Virus record (IMG/VR): IMGVR_UViG_3300030049_000007
Reading direction: 5' to 3' (one strand)
DNA length: 64,000 bases
Source of the DNA: a virus
Each line of letters begins with the position of its first letter. Position 1 is the first letter of the stretch. Of the stretch, positions 49,210 to 56,172 are shown in pieces. The translations under genes and the position numbers were made by a program. A model generated the notes under the pieces. The model saw only the letters and a program-made list of their open reading frames with translations. It was not told the DNA's origin and ran no database searches.

Positions 49210-49659
49210 TCAGAATGGGATATCTGAATCATCTTCAACGGTATTAGTTCCAGATCCACCATTATTATCACTATCTGCATAACCAGTCTGTTCGGGATCT
49301 GGTTCGTGATGACCCCCACTCTCGCCCTTCTTACCACAGAAATCAAAAGCATTCAACTTAATATGAGTATACCAAATCTTCTTATTTTCATCTGCGGGAT
49401 TCTTACCTTCGGTATACTCAATCTTACCTTCGATAATAACTTCAGCACCCTTCTTAAAAAACTTTTCAATTGCTTCGCCTTGCTTACCCCAGGCTACAAT
49501 ATTATGCCATTCAGTCTTGGACTTAGCACTTCCATCCTTGTCCTTCCAATTTTCAGTAGTGGCTACCGAAAAACGACAAAGAGTTGCACCACCTGGAGTT
49601 GCCTTCAATTCAGGATCTTTACCCAGAAATCCATGAAGGATAACCTTATTAGTTGACAT
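49210..49659 (-). CDS. ssb: Single-stranded DNA-binding protein (start MSTNKV)
   Basis: 'NKVILHGFLGKDPE', 'TEWHNIVAWG' and an acidic 'DDSDIPF' tail. Confidence 0.95.
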   Translation of the reverse strand: MSTNKVILHGFLGKDPELKATPGGATLCRFSVATTENWKDKDGSAKSKTEWHNIVAWGKQGEAIEKFFKKGAEVIIEGKIEYTEGKNPADENKKIWYTHIKLNAFDFCGKKGESGGHHEPDPEQTGYADSDNNGGSGTNTVEDDSDIPF

Positions 49660-49744
49660 ACTTTCTCCGTTAAGAGTTGATGGCCATGTCTCAATGGCCA
49701 ATTGTTATGTTATTTTATAATAATATCAAACTTTATTAGTTTGA

Positions 49745-49888
49745 TTATTGAGCGAGAACTAATTCGCGCACGTATGTAGATACGTCCTTATTAGCCTCTG
49801 ATGCAATCTTTTCAAATTGCTCTTTTTCTTCACTTGTCACTCTGATTGTGACAAATTTTCTTCTGTGTAATTTACATAACTCTGACAT
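49745..49888 (-). CDS. Ribbon-helix-helix DNA-binding protein (47 aa), not in the ORF track
   Basis: GAGGA SD; MSELCKLHRRKFVTIRVTSEEKEQFEKIASEANKDVSTYVRELVLAQ. Confidence 0.7.
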   Translation of the reverse strand: MSELCKLHRRKFVTIRVTSEEKEQFEKIASEANKDVSTYVRELVLAQ

Positions 49889-49913
49889 GGTGTATTCCTC
49901 GTAATCATACTAT

Positions 49914-49942
49914 ATTGTAGCACGATTCTGAGGACGGTGCAA
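49914..49942 (-). promoter_or_regulatory. Class II promoter for the RHH-ssb unit
   Basis: TTGCAC-N17-TACAAT with a TG extension. Confidence 0.7.
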
Positions 49943-49944
49943 GT

Positions 49945-50642
49945 TTAATTTAACAACACTCTCATTAATGATTCTCTATCAAGTTCTTTTGTAGTGCATT
50001 TATAACAATTTTCTCCAGTACCTTGAAAAGTAATATTTTCTCCTAAAACATAAATAGATTCAATTAATTTTAAATTTACGAAAACTTCTCCATTAGATTG
50101 AACAATTTTAATAAATTCCATCTGCAATCCTATTCTTTGCAACTAATTGCTGAAGAGACTGACCTGCTTTTTTAATTGTTCGATATCGGTCTTTTGGATC
50201 TTTATGATTTAGACAGATTGATTTATTATCATTAAGACAACTTGCGATAATAGAAATCTTATTTTTAATACTAATTCCTCGCATTGAAAAAACCTTATTG
50301 TTTACTTCTTCTGGATTAAGATTCAGTAAACTATAAATTTCCTGTACACGATCTTCATTATCGGTCATTTATGATTTCCATTTCAGTCTCTAATAGAAAA
50401 GGATATTTCTCTAATTTATTTAAAAGATCTTCATAAGAACAATCTACTATCTTTCTTATAGATCTCCATGTCTGAAAAAGAATCATTGGTTGTTTTAAGA
50501 AGAATAATTTAATTTCAAGACCTGATTTTTTATAAAAAGTGAGTCGTACTTTATCAGTATCTTCTTCGATGTCAAGTACAATTTTCCAATTTTTTGCCAC
50601 TCCAAACTCATTTATTTTATTTATAATTTTATCTCTACACAT
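49945..50642 (-). other. Three small hypothetical early genes
   Basis: Overlapping ORFs downstream of promoter copy 6. Confidence 0.6.
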
Positions 50643-50839
50643 TTTTAATCCTCGTCTGAGTCGCCATTATAATATGGCCAAGACATATTTTACTCCTGTA
50701 TATATTGTGTTTCAAACACCCTCCCATATGTAAGGATTATATAGTTATTAGGATGATAAGTCGCTATTGCTTATCAAGTATTTTTTGATAAACAATAACT
50801 ACTTACCAAGAGAAATAATATAATATTATCTCCATATAT

Positions 50840-50869
50840 ATTATAACAAAAAAGGAAGACTTTTTGCGA
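50840..50869 (-). promoter_or_regulatory. Class I promoter copy 6
   Basis: CGCAA-N18-TATAAT. Confidence 0.75.
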
Positions 50870-50902
50870 CACCTGTGTTATCATTAAGGAAAGGAGATTC
50901 TT

Positions 50903-51292
50903 ATGTGGAAGTTAGTCGGAGCTATTTCTATTGTTTTATCAACAAGTTTATTTATTGAAATGTTAATTCGTAAAGTAGTTACCCTTACTCAATTACGAGA
51001 TTGTGTAATTTCTTTATTCCAGGGTGTAGTTAGTAGATTTGATCGTTCTGTAACTGGGAATGATGGATCTTATTCTAGTACAAGATTATTAGATTATCTT
51101 TGGGGTATTGGTGGATTTTGCTTAGTATGTCTTTGTACTTTAAGAAAAATTAATATTCCCGATGGTGTATATTATTTGATTGGAACAGCAATAGGTGTTG
51201 GCGCTACAAAAGGTGTATTTAATAAAATTCAAGAAATTAAAACTGTTGCTGGTAAAATAATTGGAGATCATAATGATTCAGATAATCAGTAA
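50903..51292 (+). CDS. Holin-like membrane protein
   Basis: Three hydrophobic segments, an 'SSTRL' motif and a strong SD. Confidence 0.5.
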   Translation: MWKLVGAISIVLSTSLFIEMLIRKVVTLTQLRDCVISLFQGVVSRFDRSVTGNDGSYSSTRLLDYLWGIGGFCLVCLCTLRKINIPDGVYYLIGTAIGVGATKGVFNKIQEIKTVAGKIIGDHNDSDNQ

Positions 51293-52004
51293 ATGTAAAA
51301 GTTATTTATATACAATTTTAATTACTGCATTAGTAACGAGTGGAGTTTATACTTATATATTAAATAGATCAACAAATAAAGATGCTGTAAAAATTGCTAC
51401 TTTAAGTGGAGAAAATACAAAATTAAATGATTCTCTTAAAGATCAAACTGCTAAAAATCAAATTTTGCAAGCTAAAGTTGATCAAGCAACTACTAATGTA
51501 AATAATGCTCATCAAGTTACTATTACTGCAGATAACCATCTTAATTCTACACCTTCAACAGTTAATATAACTCCAGTTAAAGAAGTACAAGAAGTAAAAG
51601 ATGCAATAGCTAAAAATTATAATGATTCTACTGTAGGATTTGATGGTACAAGATTTAATATTATTCAACCTACAGTAGTTAGTTTAACTAATGATGCTAT
51701 TCAATGGAAAGTTAATGGTCCTATTTTAACAACAAAATTAGCTGCTACCGAAGAAAGTTTAGATGCTACTAGAAAAGAAAATACTGCTAATCAAACTTTA
51801 GTTACTACGCAAACTGATTTAAATAATGGTTTAACTAACTCTAATAAATTACTTACTGAAACTAATAATAATAAGGATAAACAGATTAACTTATATGAGA
51901 AAGACTTGAAAGTTCAATCAATGAATGGTAAGATTAAATTTGTCCTTGGTATTGGTATTGGTGGTGGTGGTTATTGGATCTATGACCATTACATTAAAAA
52001 ATAA
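51261..52004 (+). CDS. Membrane-anchored coiled-coil protein (spanin-like)
   Basis: N-terminal TM segment, coiled coils, and a hydrophobic C-terminus. Confidence 0.45.
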   Translation: MEIIMIQIISKCKSYLYTILITALVTSGVYTYILNRSTNKDAVKIATLSGENTKLNDSLKDQTAKNQILQAKVDQATTNVNNAHQVTITADNHLNSTPSTVNITPVKEVQEVKDAIAKNYNDSTVGFDGTRFNIIQPTVVSLTNDAIQWKVNGPILTTKLAATEESLDATRKENTANQTLVTTQTDLNNGLTNSNKLLTETNNNKDKQINLYEKDLKVQSMNGKIKFVLGIGIGGGGYWIYDHYIKK

Positions 52005-52022
52005 TGTTATTTTAAAGAGATA

Positions 52023-52709
52023 ATGATGGATGTGATAGAAATATTAGGTGAAATAATAAAAAAATGGGGACTTGTAGCTGGATTTCATTTTTTGTTATTT
52101 AGTACAATTATATATATATTAATTCATAAGACCATTAATGGTAAAACTCTTTGGAATAAATTATTTAATAAAACTAAAACAAAATATAATCTATCTAATC
52201 ACGTAATGTTTGTTAATTTAAGAAAATATATAAACTACGACATTAAACATTTTACATTAGGAGAAAGGTTACGAGAAGCTATTTTCCGTGATTTTCTCCT
52301 AATTAAATTTACGATTGTAGAAGATGAATTTAAGAAAGTTATAGAAGATAATACTCTTGAGTTAATGTCTAACGAAGTCTATTCTAAAAGAATGTTAGAC
52401 TGTATTGTTAATATTGTAAAGTTATATGAAATAAAAGCTAAGGAAGCTGGTATACCTGATATTGCTATAACTAGATTTACCGAATGGTATGATGATAAGG
52501 TTCAGGCTATTTATGCTTTTATAATTAATGTTTGTGAAGATACTGATATTTACAATGATAATAACATTAAGACTAAAGTAATATTTGATTTTATGAATCA
52601 TATTAATAACTTTACTATTTTAGGTATTCGTAAAGTTCTTTTAGACTTTAATGGTGAGTTAAGTAAACTTACTTATAAAGGTATTACTTATAATAGGTAT
52701 GGAAAATAA
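52023..52709 (+). CDS. Membrane protein (holin/antiholin-like)
   Basis: Single N-terminal TM segment followed by a soluble domain. Confidence 0.4.
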   Translation: MMDVIEILGEIIKKWGLVAGFHFLLFSTIIYILIHKTINGKTLWNKLFNKTKTKYNLSNHVMFVNLRKYINYDIKHFTLGERLREAIFRDFLLIKFTIVEDEFKKVIEDNTLELMSNEVYSKRMLDCIVNIVKLYEIKAKEAGIPDIAITRFTEWYDDKVQAIYAFIINVCEDTDIYNDNNIKTKVIFDFMNHINNFTILGIRKVLLDFNGELSKLTYKGITYNRYGK

Positions 52710-52841
52710 ATCTCATAAATATTATAAAGAAACAAGATTTCTTTGAATATTGTGAAACTATGAATGATTTAATTAAGAATATGCCAAAACATGAGCAAGA
52801 CAAAATGAATAAGTTAATGAAGAAATTTATTGAGAACTATA

Positions 52842-52994
52842 ATGGGTCTAATTAAACTAGCATTAGAAACATCTCCACTAGTAGAGAGTGACAAAGATCC
52901 TCGTCTACTTCCTGATACGGTAAGACAAAAACCTCAATTAAGAACCAAACCAAATAAAACAATGATGAACTGGGGAATGAAGAATACTGGTTAA
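52842..52994 (+). CDS. MGLIKLA-leader protein (50 aa), not in the ORF track
   Basis: MGLIKLALETSPLVESDKDPRLLPDTVRQKPQLRTKPNKTMMNWGMKNTG*. Confidence 0.7.
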   Translation: MGLIKLALETSPLVESDKDPRLLPDTVRQKPQLRTKPNKTMMNWGMKNTG

Positions 52995-53019
52995 CTAATA
53001 TATTAATTGGAGAAATAAA

Positions 53020-53340
53020 ATGCTTAGTATTATACTTTCTGTATTTCTATCTATTTCTCCAACAGCCTCTTCTATTCCTCCTGTGGATATACAGAGTAAA
53101 CAAATAGTAGAAGATCCTAATTTTCAACCACTAGTTGATCTAATTAATTCTCGTATTAAAGATAATAAAGCTTCTATCAAAATACAAGATGGAGATTATA
53201 ATGGTGAATTTTCTCTAAAGTTTATTCAACTAATAATGAACCTTTCTAAATATTATAAAGATCAAGGATTTAAAGTAAATATTTATCATGATGATGAACC
53301 TGACATTATTATATTTTCTATTAGTAAGATTGTGAGTTAA
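53020..53340 (+). CDS. Hypothetical protein with a signal-peptide-like N-terminus
   Basis: GGAG SD; 'MLSIILSVFLSISPTAS'. Confidence 0.55.
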   Translation: MLSIILSVFLSISPTASSIPPVDIQSKQIVEDPNFQPLVDLINSRIKDNKASIKIQDGDYNGEFSLKFIQLIMNLSKYYKDQGFKVNIYHDDEPDIIIFSISKIVS

Positions 53341-53341
53341 A

Positions 53342-54085
53342 ATGAGTTTAATTAAATTAGCTTTAGTTGTTCCTCAGACTAAATTTAATAGTTTTAAAGA
53401 TAACCTTGCAGCATTGCCGGTTAGAGGTTATGCCACTATGTCTAATAGTGGGAATATAATCGCTGGCGATGTGCGTAATCCATTACTTAGATTCACTTCT
53501 CCATTACATAAAATTTTTGATAGCAAACAAAATATAAAAGATTTACACAGAATAGGAATTAAGCATGAATTATCTGAAAGAAAATATCTTAATCAATATA
53601 ATGAAGGTAAAGGTCCTTTCGAAAGAATGTTTTCTAATCCTGTAAAAGCAGATATAAGACAAGGTATTTTTAATGCACCAAAAGGTAGGCATGCTACTTT
53701 AGCCGTTTTGGGCGAAGAAAGTAATAATTTATCTAAATTAAAAAATAAAAATGCAATTAATAGAATGCAAAAGATACGATATTTAACTGGTGAATCTGAT
53801 ATTATTAAAAATATAACTAGTAAAACTTATGGTAAAGATTTACTTTCTGCTGCTGATATAGATAAATTACATCAATCATCATTAAAACAATCTTTATATC
53901 ACACAAAATCAAAATCTGCTATTGGTAGAGTAGCAGGCATGGCACTTGCTCCATTTTTAATAAAAGGGGAAAATGATCAAAATACTGTAGGAAAGAGAAT
54001 TGATGCTTCTATATTAGGTGGAATGGTTGGTGCTAAAGGTGAGAAATTCTTACGAACTAATATTTTAAAACTACATAAGAGATAA
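53342..54085 (+). CDS. MSLIKLA-leader protein
   Basis: Identical 20-nt leader. Basic protein with 'KHELSE' and C-terminal GxxxG helices. Confidence 0.75.
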   Translation: MSLIKLALVVPQTKFNSFKDNLAALPVRGYATMSNSGNIIAGDVRNPLLRFTSPLHKIFDSKQNIKDLHRIGIKHELSERKYLNQYNEGKGPFERMFSNPVKADIRQGIFNAPKGRHATLAVLGEESNNLSKLKNKNAINRMQKIRYLTGESDIIKNITSKTYGKDLLSAADIDKLHQSSLKQSLYHTKSKSAIGRVAGMALAPFLIKGENDQNTVGKRIDASILGGMVGAKGEKFLRTNILKLHKR

Positions 54086-54089
54086 TAAT

Positions 54090-54809
54090 ATGCCCTGGTC
54101 ATATCCTGATAATGTACCAACTTCAATGAAATATTTTAAACCTTCTATTCAGAAGAAAGCAATTTCTATTGCAAATGCCATACTTAAAAATGGTGGTTCA
54201 GAAGGCACGGCCATTGCAACTGGAATTAAACGAAGTAAAGGATTGGTTAAATTAGCATCAGCTTTTACCAATGTTAAAGATTTTGTTAAATCTAATAAAT
54301 TTGCTTTAGGTGCTGCTGGTTTAGGTGCTGGACTGGCTGGATTAGAAAGTAAAAATCAAATAACTGATAAAAAATTTACAAAAGGTCAAAGAGTTAAAAA
54401 TGCGATTGTAACAGGTGCTCTTTTCGGTGCTTCAGGATGGGGATTAGACAGACTCTCTGGTATGAGAAAAAATATTATAAATAGAATAGAAGAGGATTTA
54501 GGAGACCCTAGAGATATCAACTCTAAGATTAGATCTAAAATTACAGAAGCAATGAAACAAGAAAAAGTTCCAGTTAAACCTGGAGGTTATCATAGATTTC
54601 CTATTGAAGCAAAAGTTCATGAAAAAGGTAATTATAGAACTCAATTAATAAAATTTACGCATGGTAAGGATGGTATTGAAAAACTATCCTTTATACGGGA
54701 TGGTAAATTTTTAAAAGAATTTATTAAACAATTAAATAAAGGTAATAAGAAATATTTAGTAGATAATTATAATAAACTTATTGAGAAAACGCAGGAGTCT
54801 ATATTATGA
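54090..54809 (+). CDS. Fusion of an MPW...KKAI.IANA.L domain to an internal GLVKLA tag and hydrophobic cargo
   Basis: Translation shows 'GLVKLASAF' followed by 'FALGAAGLGAGLAGL'. Confidence 0.6.
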   Translation: MPWSYPDNVPTSMKYFKPSIQKKAISIANAILKNGGSEGTAIATGIKRSKGLVKLASAFTNVKDFVKSNKFALGAAGLGAGLAGLESKNQITDKKFTKGQRVKNAIVTGALFGASGWGLDRLSGMRKNIINRIEEDLGDPRDINSKIRSKITEAMKQEKVPVKPGGYHRFPIEAKVHEKGNYRTQLIKFTHGKDGIEKLSFIRDGKFLKEFIKQLNKGNKKYLVDNYNKLIEKTQESIL

Positions 54810-54955
54810 GTTTAATTAAATTATGTTCAGTTATAATTCCTGATTCTCATTTAAAAGAAGATCATGAAGAATTAGAAAAAATGAAAAAGAATTCGAAAGG
54901 AATTCTTAAAACTGTAAAAGAAATGGAAGAAGAAGATAGTAAGGCTAAAAAATGA
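54806..54955 (+). CDS. MSLIKLC-leader protein (49 aa), not in the ORF track
   Basis: MSLIKLCSVIIPDSHLKEDHEELEKMKK...KAKK*, with ATGA overlaps on both sides. Confidence 0.7.
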   Translation: MSLIKLCSVIIPDSHLKEDHEELEKMKKNSKGILKTVKEMEEEDSKAKK

Positions 54956-55281
54956 GTTTAATTAAATTAGCATTAGATCAACAAAAAACTGGTATCGCTG
55001 GCTTTACTCAACGTCATCCTTATTTGACCTCAGGAATTGCGTTAACTGGTGGACTTGCGGCAGCCGACGCTGGTTTAAATGTATTTAAAACTTTAAAAGG
55101 AACGGGTGGTAGCCTCATTTCGGGTTTAAAGCAAATTAAGGGTAATCCTGGGCTCAGGAATGAGCTAGGTCACGGCATCAAGAAAGGTCTGGTGGAGGGT
55201 GGGCTTTATGGCTCGATTCTGGGGACTGTAGAACCTGCTATTGGTAGGGGAATATTTAGAAAACCTAAAGGTGAGGAATAG
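54952..55281 (+). CDS. MSLIKLA-leader protein
   Basis: Identical 20-nt leader and two Gly-rich hydrophobic segments. Confidence 0.75.
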   Translation: MSLIKLALDQQKTGIAGFTQRHPYLTSGIALTGGLAAADAGLNVFKTLKGTGGSLISGLKQIKGNPGLRNELGHGIKKGLVEGGLYGSILGTVEPAIGRGIFRKPKGEE

Positions 55282-55312
55282 CTAAAAAAAAGACCCGAAA
55301 GGGTCTTTTCTC
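55278..55312. terminator. Bidirectional terminator
   Basis: AAAAGACCC-gaaa-GGGTCTTTT. Confidence 0.85.
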
Positions 55313-55435
55313 TTAGTGACTTGAAATTTTAATTACAATACAAGATACAATAAACATTCCAAACAAAATCCAACCCATATGAAGTCTAAGGGTTGGAATA
55401 AGTTTGGGCTGTTCTCGTAACCATTGCTTCCTCAT
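55313..55435 (-). CDS. Small membrane protein (40 aa) in a stand-alone cassette, not in the ORF track
   Basis: MRKQWLREQPKLIPTLRLHMGWILFGMFIVSCIVIKISSH*, between promoter copy 7 and a terminator. Confidence 0.55.
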   Translation of the reverse strand: MRKQWLREQPKLIPTLRLHMGWILFGMFIVSCIVIKISSH

Positions 55436-55490
55436 AACCATCCCTTAATAAATAAATTTTGAGATTACACGATGTAATCTCTTCATTTAT

Positions 55491-55520
55491 ATTATAACAA
55501 AAATATCTTAATATTTGCAA
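55491..55520 (-). promoter_or_regulatory. Class I promoter copy 7
   Basis: TTGCAA-N18-TATAAT. Confidence 0.8.
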
Positions 55521-55523
55521 TAC

Positions 55524-55560
55524 TTAAAAAAAATAAGCCCGTGAGGGCTTATTTTTTTTA
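55524..55560. terminator. Bidirectional terminator
   Basis: AAAAAAATAAGCCC-gtga-GGGCTTATTTTTTT. Confidence 0.85.
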
Positions 55561-55809
55561 TTAACCATTGCCATTGCCATAGCCATAGCCATCGCCATAG
55601 CCATCGCCATCGCCATAGCCATCGCCATTGCCATCGCCATCGCCATTGCCATAGCCATAGCCATTGCCATTGCCATCGCCATAGCCATTGCCATAGCCAT
55701 AGCCATTGCCATTGCCATCGCCATCGCCATAGCCATCGCCATCGCCATAGCCATCGCCATCGCCATTGCCATTGCCATTGCCATTATTTCCTAATAAAAG
55801 TTCTTTCAT
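55561..55809 (-). CDS. (Gly-X)n repeat protein, X = N/D/Y
   Basis: MKELLLGNN followed by about 36 G-X dipeptides, directly downstream of 55813..56124. Confidence 0.75.
   Translation of the reverse strand: MKELLLGNNGNGNGNGDGDGYGDGDGYGDGDGNGNGYGYGNGYGDGNGNGYGYGNGDGDGNGDGYGDGDGYGDGYGYGNGNG
55564..55785. repeat. Hexamer microsatellite GCCAT(T/C/A) array
   Basis: Tandem gccatt/gccatc/gccata units. Confidence 0.95.
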
Positions 55810-55812
55810 AAA

Positions 55813-56124
55813 TCACCATCCTGAAACTACAGAAATAGAGACAACTGGAACGCAACGAACCGTTCCATAATTATCATATTTCGTTTCAGAAAGAGGTCCA
55901 TTAACTAACTGACCAAGACCTTGCGTAGTTCCCCAACGACGAATATTTTTTGCATTCGTGATAGTTACAGAACCATCACCTTCATCTTTGCAAAATCCAA
56001 CAAAAACCCAACCTTTATCTGCCACAATAATACGAATATCACCAAGAACACCTTCTTTCTGAATCGAATCCTTTCGGATGTATTCGATTCCATTAAGTGT
56101 GACAACTTCAGTATTAAGTTCCAT
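55813..56124 (-). CDS. Conserved phage protein (DUF6948-like, from recall)
   Basis: 'IVADKGWVFVG...NAKNIRRWGTTQGLGQL..GP'. Confidence 0.55.
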   Translation of the reverse strand: MELNTEVVTLNGIEYIRKDSIQKEGVLGDIRIIVADKGWVFVGFCKDEGDGSVTITNAKNIRRWGTTQGLGQLVNGPLSETKYDNYGTVRCVPVVSISVVSGW

Positions 56125-56142
56125 TATATTACCTCCATTTAT

Positions 56143-56172
56143 ATTATAACAGAATTGTTAACTATTTTGCAT
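56143..56172 (-). promoter_or_regulatory. Class I promoter copy 8
   Basis: TGCAA-N18-TATAAT, followed by a GGAGG SD. Confidence 0.75.

Noticed and set aside
52699-52855. Possible frameshifted small gene before the MGLIKLA ORF
   Set aside because: A 15-codon ORF and an overlapping open +1 frame exist, but there is no clear slippery site or homology. It cannot be distinguished from a short ORF with an internal start.
55524-55784. (Met-Ala)n ORF
   Set aside because: It is an alternative frame of the hexamer repeat with no SD and runs through the terminator. The Gly-X frame is the one adjoining the upstream gene.
55564-55785. Repeat as a CRISPR array or DGR element
   Set aside because: It is a simple hexamer microsatellite with no spacers. 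No cas or reverse transcriptase gene is present in the window.
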